Assembly (NCBI GenBank): GCA_030295235.1
Contig: AP026141.1
Span: 310,001 to 374,000, forward strand
Direction of reading: 5' to 3'
Length of the DNA stretch: 64,000 nt
From: Fistulifera solaris
Taxonomy: Eukaryota
Part shown: one piece after another, positions 1 through 13,547 of the stretch
Numbering within the stretch: the first letter of the stretch is position 1
Layout: every line of letters begins with the position of its first letter
The notes under the pieces: model-generated
Told to the model about the DNA's origin: nothing
Database searches by the model: none
What the model saw: the letters and a program-made list of their open reading frames with translations, nothing else
Translations under genes and position numbers: made by a program

Positions 1-2534
1 GCAACTCGGATGGATCGAAAATCGTCGGCCTGCGACAAGAAAGATTGAGTTGATTTGCACAATACAGTTTGACGTTTTCAGCTCACACAAATACTTACAT
101 GAGAATGGTGTTTCCGTCCAAAACAAGACGAAGACCCAGGGGCTCGTCCATACCGTCAATGCGGTGGGTCTCTCCTCCAAAGGTAGCAAGAAGAGCACCT
201 TCGGCAGTCACAGTGTAGGAAACGTCAATGGCGTTGGAACCAAGCGTGAGGCGGAACGATTCATCCGATGTTCGCTCGACATGGAACGGGTACTTAATGT
301 CTTTGTAGGCCACTTCCACATCGAACGAGTTGAGCGATGGGATGGCGGCAACCGAAACTTGACCTTTCTGGAACGACTCTTTAATTTCTGCAGATACAGT
401 CTCGACATGCTTGAACGCACGGTGCACGGCAGCCGAAACAACCACCAAATGAGGAGGCAACTCAATCTGAACCAACTTCTCGCGGATGATACCATCCAAC
501 CACGAGGTGTCAATCGTGTTCTCAATGAAAGCAGGCGTTTCCAACAGTTGAACCAAGTACTCCACCGTGGTGCGGATTTCACCACGCACTTCCATTTCTT
601 TCAACGCCAAGATAAGGGATCGGCGGGCCGCTTCACGGTTGGGTCCCTTGGCAAACAAGTGACCGAACTGACTGTCCGCAAACTCGTGAATTCCACCGTT
701 GGCGCCGACGCTAAAGTATCCCCAAACGTTGCTAGTGGACTGGAACTTGATGCGCTCAATCGATCCGGATGTGGGCTTGAAACCTTCATCGGGGTTCTCG
801 GCCGTGATACGCGCCGCAATGACGTGCGAGTCAATGGGCTGGTAGTCTTCTTCCATAAAGTCAATCTTATCCGTTCCCCACAAATCTTCGCGTCCGTAGA
901 GCTTGCGAATTTCGGGAATGTTGTACAGCGGAATACCCATGGCAACCTGCAATTGGGTGGCCGGCATGTTGACTCCCGTGATTCCTTCCGTCACCGGGTG
1001 CTCGACTTGCAAACGGGGGTTGAGTTCGAGGAAAAAGTACTTGTCCGTGTCGGCATTGTACAAGTATTCCACGGTACCGGCGCCAATGTAGCCAATGGAC
1101 TGCGTCAATCGTTGGGCGGCACGCTGCATCTCCTTGAAGGTGTCGGGCTTGGCAATGGTCGGAGGACCTTCTTCAAAAATCTTCTGGAAACGACGTTGCG
1201 TCGAGCAGTCACGACCGTTCAAGGCCACGGCGTTCCCATGCTGATCACCGACAATCTGGACTTCCAAGTGACGAGCATTCTTACAGAGCTGCATGACAAA
1301 GATGGGGGATCCAACGACTTCGTTTTGAACTTGAATGTAAGCGTTGCGAAGATCTTTCTCGTTGTCGACAAAACGAATACCCTTTCCACCACCTCCCTCG
1401 GAAGCCTTGATCATGAGACCGTTCTCGTATCCGATGCGTTCGGCGGCTTCCACGGCTTCCTCTACGGTACGGCAGGTAGCTTTCTCAAAAATAGCGTCGG
1501 GAATGGTTCCCTTTTCGTTGAGTTCGGCTTGCAACGGACCATCGTCGGGGCCCCCGTAACTTCCACTCCACGGAATGGAGGGCACATTGGCGGTTTGCGC
1601 CAAAATGTTGGCGGCAATCTTGTCTCCCAATACCGCCATGACCGGAGCGGTGGGTCCAATGAATTTAATGCCCAAAGCGCTCAGGGTTTCGGGCAATTCG
1701 GGCTTTTCGGACGCGTGTCCCCAACCGGGCCAGACGGCATCCACGCCTTGTTCTTGCGCAATCTTGCTAATGACCGCCACATTGGCGTAGTTGTTCAAGT
1801 TCTTGCCACCGGGAACTTCGACAAAGGAATCCGCGAGACGAATGAATTCGGCGTTGGCCTTCAAGTCTTCCGGGGTGGCCATGGCCACAAAGGTAATGGC
1901 GCGTTCGTCCCCGAGCGTCATGTAAGCCCACTGACGCATCGACAGAATCGATTTGGTGGCCGCCATACCGTTGTTCGCAATGAGGACTTTGCGAATGACG
2001 CGGTCACCGCCACGGCTCTTGACGTAATCTTCGAGGGATTTGATGGTCGAGACGCCGCTCGCACTGGTGGCGCTCGACGTTTCGACCGTCGAAAAGAGTG
2101 CGGTATCCATGGGATGAAGTGAGGATTTGTCGGCGCGGATAAGGCCATTCTTCAAAAATGCAGAGGGTGCTGAAAGAAACGAAAGAGGAACAAAGGAATA
2201 GGTTAAAGAGAGGGTCACAAAGAACAAAACAGAACGAACTCGAAACAGAAAAACAAGACAATGATCGACAAGATCCGTCGAGAGCGGCAGTAGAAGGATC
2301 CAGGAATTCTAGGGCACCCAGAGACACAGTCTGCAACAATATATACCTCTGTGTCGAATCAAGTCTGGGAAATCCGTACAAACAATGAGACTATGCCACA
2401 CGCGTCGCTCTCCGAACGTCCTCGGTTGCGACAACAAGGTGCGTCGACTTACAATTTTGCGTAAATGCTGATACACCACTCGCCGCACTCCACAATAAGT
2501 AGAGTGCCGCGGCAGCGTACCCTCGGTGAAACAT
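1..2534 (-). CDS. ACC1: Plastid homomeric acetyl-CoA carboxylase, 5' part (biotin carboxylase domain); runs off the left edge
   Basis: KVLIANNGMAATK, WPGWGHASE, RDCSTQRRFQK and ELNPRLQVEHPVTE motifs. Exon 1 (2534-2453) is MFHRGYAAAALYLLWSAASGVSA-F. GT-AG introns 2452-2170 and 98-30 splice in frame (..ILM|PTIFDPSEL). Confidence 0.95.
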
Positions 2535-2744
2535 GGTTTCGAACGTAATGTCAAACCTTTGGGTTGTTTTTATGCGACGACGACGATGATGGATTTGATG
2601 GGAAAAAGAGATGAATGGGAAAGATCTCCGAGGAGGAGTGGGAGAGTAGGAGTACGTATGTGGCAGAATTGCATCCATTGCGCCCATCATAGAGCCGTTG
2701 TCTCCGTACTCAACTCTACGTGGACCCTACGAAGGACGGAGAAG

Positions 2745-2945
2745 TGACGTATTCCGGTTCGAGATGTCATGTTGTGTGAGATCGCCGTCGCGGTTTACGT
2801 CACACTGTCGCGAGACGAGTTGAACGGATGATGTCACCGATTGCCGCGGGTGCGGGGGAGTTTTCGATGGGGGACGCCGACGGCGTCGCTCCGCGTCTCA
2901 AAGCAATAAGTAATCTAACGTCAGGCCACCATCAGTCTTACGTCA
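2745..2945. promoter_or_regulatory. Cluster of four TGACGT/ACGTCA (CRE-like bZIP) sites upstream of ACCase
   Basis: Exact hexamers at 2745, 2797, 2918 and 2940. Confidence 0.5.
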
Positions 2946-3095
2946 CTCTTTTCTGCTTCTGACAGTGACCACCAGCTTCACTCACGATCTAGTTCAGTCA
3001 TGTGTCATGGCTATTGTACCAGGTAGTTTTTTATCACTGTTGGATCACAAAAAACATCATGGCTAATGGCAATTGTTATTTTTAAAGCTCTTTTC

Positions 3096-6000
3096 CTAGT
3101 CACCAAAACCCTCTTCCTGCATTTTCTTGTACAATTCCTTGTAGTCCACCTGATTGCGTCGGCGCTTTCGGCTTGGTGCATCGGGATCTTCCGGTGCATC
3201 CATTCCTTCCGCCAGAGCGGAGAAATTGGCGCGTCGCGACACTTCCTCCATGGCTCGCAACTGATCGCGCTCGTGCTCCTTCTTTTTCTCCCGTTTCTCA
3301 AACAAATGATGCTCGAAGGTGCTCTCCCAATCGCAATCTTGCGCATCGTACAGTTCGCGAGACTTGCAGCCATCGACCAAGGCTCGCACGTGACTCGCGA
3401 CGGACCGTGCGAACGGTGATACGATGCCGCCGTGAATTTTGTAACCACCCTCGAGGACCGATACAATCCGTCCGTTGCAACAGGTATTGGCAATCTTGAC
3501 CAATTGCTCGGTAATCCATTCGTAATCTTCCTCGACCATGCCGACGTAACCGAAATTCATAGTGTCGCGTCGATGCGCGTCAAATCCGGCGCTGATGAAA
3601 ATAATGTCCGGATCGAATTCCCGCAAGTGCGGGAATATCTTCTGCGATAATTGTCCCGGAGCTCGAGGCGTTGTTTCATACTGCGGGACTGCGGATCACC
3701 GTCCGCCTCGGGGAGTTCCAAACCAATGTTGATAATCTTACAACAGTTGGACTTGGAGTCTTCGCCCATTCGTGTCCAGGTTTGACTGAGAATAAAGTCC
3801 GTCAGGTTGGGATGTTCCACCATGGCCGGATGTGCGATGGCATCTGAAGTGTGCGTCTTGCCCGAAGCTGGATAAAACCAACCGGGTTGATCAAAACCGC
3901 GGTTGCCGTATCCGTGCGTCGACGAGAAGAATACGTTCTGAATGTCCGTCTCATCGAGCCATGGTCGGTACGTACTCTGAGATAGCTCCCCGATCGCGTA
4001 AGGCGTTCGGAACGCGGTTCGTTCCGTGTTGGGAACAAGCTGTCGAATAATTTCCTCGGTTCCGTTCCCGTGGTGAACATCAAAATCGACAATGGCCACG
4101 CGCTGTATCCCTTCGTTCCGATACATACTGCGCGCGTACGCTGCTCCGATCGCCACATTATTGAGCAGACAGAATCCGTGTGAACCACCTTCGGGATCGT
4201 TGGCACATTTGACAATGCCTCTCGGTCCCGCATGATGACCCGGTGGTCGCACCGCACAAAAGGCGTTGCGCAAATCGCCGGCAATGACTTTATCCACCGC
4301 TTCGCACACACTTCCGGCCGCTCTCATGGCCGCCTCAAAACTCCAACGCGATATGGCCGTATCACCATCCAGATGCGCAATGGCGTTTGGATGGTCCGGA
4401 ATGGAAGATGCCAATCGGCTAATGGTCTCGACATAATTGTAATCGTGAACCTGCAACGCGTGGTTAGGAATGCACAACAGCCGATACGACAAATCATAAA
4501 TATATATACTGACCTTTAAAACATCGGATATGGCAACGCGTCGCGCATCTTTTTTCCACAAAAGTGAGCTGAATTCACTGCCCTGTAAAATACCAGTCTC
4601 GGCATCTACCAGCACGTGAAGACGCCGGACGTTTTCTGGCGGCGGGTCAGGGGAGTTTCGGCGAATAGGAGGACATGTCCTGTGCAAGAGACAAAGTTCA
4701 TGACACAAGACCATAGTTTGACCATCCGGGTCGACCAACAGGTCGCGTATAGGAGGAATCGTACCGGTCTCCGGCGGATCTCCGAGGGTTTCCACTAAAT
4801 CATTTGGAATGGACATGCCTTTCTTGTAGGCGACTTGCCCAGGTGTAAACCCCCTTCTATCGACAAGAGTGGTCGACGCGCCTGCTTGTATGAGAAGTCT
4901 AGCGACGGACCAGTTACCTCTCGAACAAGCAACATGCAGCGGAGTCCTGCCCATCACGTTTGTAGCGTCGATTTCGATTCCAGATGATCCCAAAAGAACT
5001 TGTGTCAATAAGGCCTCGGTCGAAGAGTGTGTAGCTGCGTCGCTGTCTTTTTTCAATGATACGGCGGCTGCATCAGTGTTTCCCACGACACCGGGTATTG
5101 TGTGCATGGAACTGACCACGCTACCGTCGGGGTGATGGTGGCTACGAACTTGTCCTGTGGCAAACGCAGACTTACTCAAAGCAGGGTTGTCGATCGTGTC
5201 GTAGCGCGCCGCGGCGTGTAATGCACGGTTGCCTGCCCTATCAGCGCGTGTGTTAAGCGTTGACAATCCTTCTTCGTCGGATAGGATGTAACTAGCTATT
5301 TGCGGCTGATTGAACATGCACGTGAGGTAGAGTGGAGTGTGCAAGGAATCGTCTTTCGCAGTTAAATCAGCTCCGTGTTCATGAAGAGTTACAACGCATT
5401 CATAAGAAAACTGACGATTGGCCAGGACGGCACCCATGCTGATAGCTGTGTGAATAGGCAAGCTCCCATCACAACGAAGACGAAAAGAAGCCCCAGCTTC
5501 GAGCAAGACTTTCACATGATCGAGCTTTCGGGAAAGAATTGCTATATGTAGAGCAGTATTCTCATCTTCGTCGCGCTCGTTTACGTGGACATCAAGATCC
5601 CTCTCCAGTTTCTTCTTAATCTGAACTTCTGTTTTTTCTTCCTTGGCTTTCTGCTGATCCGCCGTGTCATCGATGTCCATGCCGCTAGGGCCTTGACTCC
5701 TTTCTTCACTTTGTTTCTCTTCTGGCTCTTCCGTGTCGTTATTTTGCATTTCCGCATCTGCGCTGACAATGCCTCCTTTCTCGGTGTCCTCATGTTTCTC
5801 AGCTCCTTCGGCCGTCACATTAAGGCTTGGTTTAAAAGGCTGTGGAGAATGACCTATGGCCGCTGCATGCGCTGCAGCGGTCGAATCATTCTCGTCGGAC
5901 GAAGAATCATCGTCGTCTTCATCGTCCTCCTCTTTCCTTTCTCCATCGTCGTCTACTTCGACGTAAAGAAGTTTCTTGAATTTTGAAAATTTGAAAAAAT

Positions 6001-6246
6001 GAAACCGCGAAGAACACGTGTGAGAGGGTGCGACGGTCAGGCACTCTGGAGCTTTGTAAGCTAAACTTTTCGGTGGCATCGGCAGCGTGCGGCGCAACGC
6101 GTCGACAATGCACCGTTTGCACTTACTCGAAGTGTTTCAACGTCTTCAAATTCCACACAATCATGAAGAGGATATCTTCTCTCAATTGCATCGGCAACAT
6201 CTTCGAATGCGTCGTAATCTTCCTCGTCCGAAGAACCATCGCTCAT
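3096..6246 (-). CDS. Ankyrin-repeat histone deacetylase (Zn-dependent, class II/HOS3-like)
   Basis: Ankyrin motifs TALHIA, TPLYLTC, TPLHVAC. HDAC motifs RPPGHHA, GFCLLNNVA, DFDVHHGNGT, SAGFDAH, LEGGY. Introns 6126-5975 and 4513-4451; frame slip near 3640. Confidence 0.9.
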
Positions 6247-7019
6247 GGTCGCTGTCGTTCGCTCTCGACCGAATCGGTCCTTTGACAATCGGGGGGCGGA
6301 GTACTATTAACACCTATACACAATCCGATTCAGACGTCTCGACTACAATGTAACATATATTCGAAACGTGCTACGACGTGGAGGTCTTTCGAGGCGGAGA
6401 AATGACGCTTGAGACGGAGGACAGACGATGGTGCCTCAATTATCTCAACGCGGAGGAAAAATGAGTGGATTGGAGAATTCAAACAAATCAGAACCAGCGC
6501 GGAGTGCCACTTCACTATCAACGATATAGTACCTATATATTTTGGATCTCAAACGGAAACGTAAGTCAAAATTTTGTGTGGTCAGAAATCGACAATCGTT
6601 CGTCATCCTGACTGTCTTGCAAAGAGCACTATTGGCACCCTCTACAGTTGCGGCGATAGTGAGGTGATCGTTGCTTCGTCGGTCAGACATCTTACTTGTT
6701 ATCATATACACCGATTTTTGTCGACTAAGTAAAAAACTTGCTACGTTAAATACAGGCCAGCATCTCCCGGTTTCGCTTTTCCAAAGTTATTTCACAGATA
6801 TACTACCGGTATTCAAACAACCGTCACTTAGCAAACAAAGGCAAAGTCACGCCGGCCGTTCTAATTCTTCCCTCAAAACGACGCGTTTGGAACACAAAGA
6901 GACGAAGAACAACAACATTGTGATAGAGACTTGCTTTCTATGATTGTTTCTTGCAATCAAACTCTCAGACATTGGTTGAACGGAAAGAGTGGTTACGATC
7001 GTAAAATCAGTCGTTGAAG

Positions 7020-10000
7020 ATGAATTCGACGCCAGTCAAAGAGCACTACAGGAACACGCCCAAGAAAACACCACGGGTGGGGCCCGGATCGAAGGCGACC
7101 AGAGAGAACTTACCGAGAAAAGCAAAAGATACGCCTGTAATGGCAAGAAATCAAAATGACAAGGCTGAAGAGGGCATCCAAGGTGAGTCCAGAATGCTAT
7201 TCGTGAGAACGATAGCGAAAAACAATACTTACACTGAATATGTTCGTTCATCTTTGCAGTCGCAATTCGTATGCGCCCATTAAATAAGAAAGAAGCGCAG
7301 TCAAAGCCAATCTGGAAAGTGCTTCCACGTTTCGCTTCCGTCACGCAGATGACCCCCGACGGGCAACCCCTTTCTGAAAGAGTGACCGGTCGTACTTTTT
7401 TCACATACGACAAAGCGTTTCCCGAGACGGCCACGACTCGAGATGTGTACAATGCAATGGCAAAGGAGATCGTAGAGTCGGCAATCACTGGAGTCAACGG
7501 AACTGTATTCGCTTATGGTCAAACAAGCTCTGGTAAAACGTTTACAATGCAAGGATGTGGGACGATTGAGGAAGGACTCAATGGAAACGGCGGCGGTATC
7601 GTTCATATGGCTGCTGCAGATATTTTCCAGAACATTGCGAATCAGCCGAACCGAGTATTTCTTGTCAGAGCCAGCTTTCTAGAAATCTACAACGAAGACG
7701 TTCGCGACTTGCTTTCCAGTGACAACAAAACAATACCGATCAGAGAAGATCCACGTCGTGGAGTGTTTGTGCAGTGCGAAGAGGAAATTGTCAGCAATTT
7801 TGAAGACCTCCTTGGTGTGTTATTTCGTGGAGACAAGTCCCGAAGCTTTGCTTCCACTGCTATGAACGAGAGGTCGTCGCGAAGTCATACAATCCTTAGA
7901 ATCACTATCGAAAGTCGGGAGAAAACGGTAGACGATGCAAGTGGTGAAGACAGTGACGGTGGTGGAGCCGTTTTAGTTTCAACACTGAATCTCGTTGATT
8001 TAGCAGGATCTGAAAGTGTTCGTCACACAGGTGCTACCGGTGAAAGACAGAAAGAGGGTGGTATGATCAATCAAAGGTAAGCTATTTAACAGGCTCTGGC
8101 TTGTAGTGTTCGCCGTGGCATATTGCATTTATCTAATTTGTTTACGACTTGCAGTCTTTTGACCCTGTCGCGAGTGATTGTTGCGCTGGGATCGTCCAAT
8201 CAAACGCATATAAATTTCCGTGATTCGAAATTGACACGTATTCTGCAACCGTCGTTGTCAGGAAACTCGAGGATTTCCTTTATTTGTTGCGCTACGCCTA
8301 CCGAGATGTGTCTGGAAGAAACTCGATCGACTTTGCAATTTGCGGCCCGAGCTAAGCTTGTCAAAACTAATGCCAGAGTCAATGAAGTTCTTGATGATCG
8401 CTCCATCATCAAGAAACTTCAGCGTGAGCTTGAAGAGGCTCGGAGACAGGCGAATGGAGTTGGAGTTGAGCCGGAACATTTGAAAGCGTTGGAGAAAAAA
8501 GCCGCGTCGGCCGGATCGGCTGCACGTGAGGCGGAGGAGAAACTTAAACGTCTTCAAGCATCTATATTGAATAGCGGTTCACTGCTTGGGGAGAAAAAGG
8601 ACGAGAGAACGGTCATTGTTCAAAAACGACGACTCTCGGAGGGGTGTGTGGGCTTGGCTTCTAATCAGACTCCGCAGAAGGCTCTCAGTCAAATTCCCGA
8701 GTCGAATACCGCACCAAGATTGAACAAGAAGGCTCGTGCGCACCTTGTTCTCCGTGTCGAACCAGATACCGAACTGGGGCTTTACAAACAAGCTCTCCTA
8801 GCCAAAAGTTCGAGCTTAAGCAAGGAAAAGAAGGATCTTGCTATGGCTTTAGAGAGTGTCCAGCAAAGAGAAGCTGCACTCGCTGACGCGCTGGCAAAAC
8901 TTGACGTCGTGACGCTTGAGAGGGACGAGCTAAACGAGCAGCTTTCTGGTGCATCAGAGCGTATTGTGGAGTTCCAGCAGAGTATCTCCGAGAAAGAGAC
9001 CTTGCTCCAATCCGGTAACGACCAAATCGAGTCGTTATTTAATCAGCTACAGACTCAGCTTACCGATCGTCGCGACCTCGAACAAGTTGTGGACGTTCTT
9101 CAGTCGGAAAAACTTCAACTTAAGAAGGCCCTCCAAACCGCAATGGACGAGAAGAACCAAGCTGCCGATAGCTATGAGCACGAATGCTCCACATTGAAAA
9201 CTGACTTGGAGAAGCTGACATTCGCCTTTGAGGAAAAATCTGAGCTCGTTGAGACCCTGATGGAAAAGTCTGCAGAGTTGTCGACATGCCTTTCAAAGGA
9301 GGATCATAATCGATCTATCATGACGTTGGAACTGAGTAAATTGAAATCAATGCTTGTCAAGGCCGGGAAAGAGCGTGATGAGTTGCGGAAGCAGCTAGAG
9401 CAGACGAAAGAAGTCAATTTTGATTTGGATGATCGTTTAAACAAACAGTCATGCGATCACGAACAAACGAAGAGTGCCCTTGAGCATACTACAGCAGAGC
9501 TTTCAGATCAAAGAACTAAATGCGCTTCATTGGAGAGTCGCGTCATTAACTTTCAGAAAATCGTAAAAGAGCAAGAGGAGAAGCTTACCGAATCGTCAGT
9601 AACTTTAACCGCAATGTCGAGGGACCTGGATTGCCAAAAGAATCGAACGCCCTGCTTTCGGTGGAAAACAGTACATTAAATGACGAGCTTCGAAAGGTTC
9701 GAGAGGAGAACGGCGTTTTAAAAAGCGACTCTCTTCGACTAGAGCACGGCCTTGAAGAGGCGAATCTCAAGATAGAGAATCTACATGGGCAAGCTAGTGA
9801 CGCTGCACAACTTAAATTGAAATTGGATAGCTTGGTCGGGGATCTCGCTCAGCTGGAGACTGAGAAGACGGATGTTGAGAAGGAGCTTTTACTGGTCTCT
9901 GAAAAGGAGGCAAAGTTGACAGCTGAGTTGTCTCGACTATCCGAAGAAAATGGGTTGTTGCAGTCACAGATTGAAAACGGGAACGTATTGCTAGAAGAAT

Positions 10001-13000
10001 CACGCAATCAAACTTCCTCTCTTACCGACAAACTGACCAAATTGTGCGAAATTTTAGAAGAAAAGAAGAAAGAAAACGAAGATCATGTTAAACGCAAACA
10101 TGAATTGGAATCGCTTCTCGATAATAGTCTCCAGAGGGTTAGTGCCATGGAACGAGAGCAAGAAGATATGATTTCTAAGTCTAAGGCTGAAATTGAGGAG
10201 CTGAAATCGTGCGTAGCAATGCTCGAGACCAACACTTCCTTACTTGTTGAGGAGAAAGAACGCCTTAACAAACAGGTTGTCGATTTCGAAGAGGTGAAAA
10301 ACGAGCTGAAGAATCTAGGCGTTGAATGTGACGAGTACAAGAATCAGGTTTCGCTTCTACGCAACGTCATTTCGGGTCATGTTGCAACATGCCAAAACTC
10401 AGCGAAGACCATCGCTGGACTACAGCTAGAACTTTCGGAAACAAAACAACGCACCAGCGAGCTGCAACACTATGCAGAAACTGCCCACAAAGCAAAGCAG
10501 GAAGTCGACGACCTAACGATTCAGCTTGAAGAATCTAAAGCACTGGTAACGAACTTGGAGAATCAACTTCATGCAACCGACGAAGAAATCGCTCGCACAA
10601 AAGAAGAGCTTTGTACCAGTCAAGCTGAATCGGAGCAGTATCGAAGCGTCATAGCGACACTTGAAGAAGAAGTTTCGAATCGAGCCAAGGAGCTGGAATC
10701 AGTTCGCAATATTGGTGCGGATACTCTAAGATCGTACTCGGAGGAATCGGAAGACAGAATCAAATCGTTGACGATGCAGCTTTCGTCGATCGAGAGCAAC
10801 AAGAAAGAATTGGAGACGGAATTTCATGCCGCAAAAATTAGCCTTCAAGTTTATACTGAGGAAGTTTCAAAGCTTTCCACGGAAATCAATAACTTGAATG
10901 AGCAAATGCTTCAAAGAGATCGGGTGATTGATGATTTGACTCTTCAGGTGAAGTCTGGCGATGAAGCAAAGCAAAGGGTAGTCATCCTGAGTGAAGACTT
11001 AGCGACTTTACAGGATGATTTGGATAGATTGAAAAATCTGCATGCGGCAGCTGAGACGCGCTCCACAGAACTTGATCAAGCAATCAGCGCGAAAGATGAC
11101 GAGCTTATAAATCTCCATGAAATGCTTGAATCCTCAATCGATAGAGAAACGTCGTTTAAACAGAAGCTAAACGACTTGGAGGACGAACTAGCCACGAAAG
11201 AAACCATCCTGACGCAAAGCTTAGAGAGACATCAGCTCGATCGGCGGGAACTTGCCGAGGAGATTGCAAAGTATCAGTCCACTATTGACGAACTACGCGA
11301 AACGTTGAGTCAGAGCAAGTCTTCTTATGAGGACGGCTATTTGAAGGAAATCGAAGAGCTCAAAATGCTGCTGACAAGTTCTAATACAATAGCGGACGAA
11401 GCTCAAGAGAAAATGCGCCAGGCACTTGCCGAGGTGTCGCATAAAAACGAAGAAATTATCTATTTGACAAATAGAGCCGCTGATCTCGAAGAACGCCTTG
11501 AGCATGCTAAATCTATTTACCAAAGTGGCGTTCAACCCAGTAAGGCATTGGAAGAAGCACTGTCAAAGAAGGATGAGCTTCAAAGAGACATCGAACTTAT
11601 GCAAGCGAAGCACTCCAAATTCGAGTCAGACATGATATCCTTGATGAGCGAGGAAAAGCACAGAATTGTTACGGAGGCTGAAGAGAGGATGAAAGAAATC
11701 GAAGGAGAACTTCACACTACTCAAGAGCTTTTGCGACAGAGTGAGAGAGAAGCATATCTAGCGCGGCAGCGTTGTGACGAAATCCATGACCAACTCCATA
11801 CAGCAAGCTCATCATCCGCAGCACTTCTGGTGCAGGTTGGTCAATTGCAATCCGAGAATGAAAGTCTCAAAAAGTCACTTCAAGTTGAAGATGAGGCACG
11901 AAACAGCGAAAAGAAATCTTTGCTGGCAGAAGTGGAGCGTAGAGTGTTCGATTTGGAAACAGAAAAGCAAACCCTGCAAAGGGAGTTGGAACGAGCTGAG
12001 TTTACACGTCAATCCGAAGCGCTAAACTCGAAGGAGCTTCGAATTAAAGTATCAGAGATGGAGATACTTCTTCGAAACGCCACGGTTAAGGCGGAGGCGG
12101 TGAAGGATTTAGAAGCTCGTTTGTCGACTGCCGAAGCGGAGATACTATCCAAAGAGAAAGAACTTCGATCATTGTCGGAGGAGGTGCTGCTCTTGCAACA
12201 GTCTGGAAATGGCAAAGAAGCAGCGGCCGATGTGATTGCGGATCTGAACGAACAAATAAAACTAAAAGACGAACGAATCAAGAAGCTCAAGAAGAGCACA
12301 CTAACAAAAGAGCAGGTCGCAGCCATGAAGAAACTCAAGGTAGGTGCAATACGTAGTATCTGGCCTTTTCGCTAGCCTGGATAACCTCACGAATTGATTT
12401 TCAACCTCTCAGGAGAAGAGCAAGACGGATCAGGAGAGTTTAAAGGCTGCACAACAAAAGATTGCCGAGCTTGAAATGTCGCTTCGATCAACGTCGTCAG
12501 GGGGACGCGGAAAGCACCGAGCTCACTCGGCTGCGTTTCCACATTGAAGCCATTGAAAAGAAACTGCGAAAGTACGCATCGCACTGTCAGCAACTTGAAG
12601 AAGAGCGAGCGCGCTTGACACATGTGCTCCGCGGAGCTAAACTGTCTGATATTGATCCTGAGGATCTTTCGAGGTCGATTGTCAATTTATGCGACAAAGT
12701 TGCGTCGTTGGAAGAGAAATACAAAATGAGCGAGTCGAATCATCACGAGACTAAGATTATTAACCAGCTTCAAGCCCAAAACGCATCTCTTGAAAGTCGT
12801 TTGAAGGAGTCATTGTCGGAAATCAGCAGCGTTCGAGCAGTGGAGCAGCGCCTAAAGGTAGAACTATCCGTATTGCAGCAAGAACAGGAGAAGCTCCGTA
12901 AGTCGCTGAGTGAATCGCGTCACTCGGCCGACTCCCTCATGTCCGACAGTGCTCGAAAGCTACGATTTCTGGAAAAGGAGAATTTACAGCTCATGTCCGA

Positions 13001-13277
13001 CTTGAAGACGATGCGCAAGGATTTACAGAACGCCAATGCTAAGATCTCCATGCTCGAATTGAAACACGCGAATATCCCCACCCCAGCTCCTTCCAGTCTG
13101 CCGAGCCTCTTATCGTACAAATTACCTCCCAAAGCCGAGGTTGCGGCCATGGACAAGGAGAACGAGTCGACCCGCACCAACATCCACGCGCCCAGCCCTG
13201 CGGTCAGCAAACCCTTTAGCCGGCTCCACAATGCGCCAGTGGACGAAGAGAACACCCAAGAGTGTGCTCAGAGTTAG
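7020..13277 (+). CDS. Kinesin-7 / CENP-E-like motor with very long coiled coil
   Basis: AYGQTSSGKT, NERSSRSH, LVDLAGSE and HINFRDSKLTRIL motifs, followed by heptad-rich stalk. Introns near 7183-7259, 8077-8174 and 12340-12412; slips near 9637 and 12457. Ends in CAQS. Confidence 0.9.
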
Positions 13278-13547
13278 ATCTGTCTAGCCAAATGAAAGTA
13301 GCTTTATTTACTTTAGATAGTAATTTGTTTTACCACTCGTCGGCTATTACAAGTAGCTTATTTTGTCACGAGGATGACGCTTTGAATCCGTCACGATAGC
13401 TGACCGGTAACAATTTCGCGTAGGTACAGACGTTTTGATCACGACACCGCGTTTATTTATTCGATTGCATCAAAAAGATCTTTTTGCTATCATTCGTCTA
13501 CAATTTATCCTTTCGAGTGCCTTTCTCGTTTCCTTTTGTTTACAAAC

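Noticed and set aside
50..2122. 690-aa plus-strand ORF
   Set aside because: Antisense shadow of the codon-biased ACCase exon; no motifs of its own.
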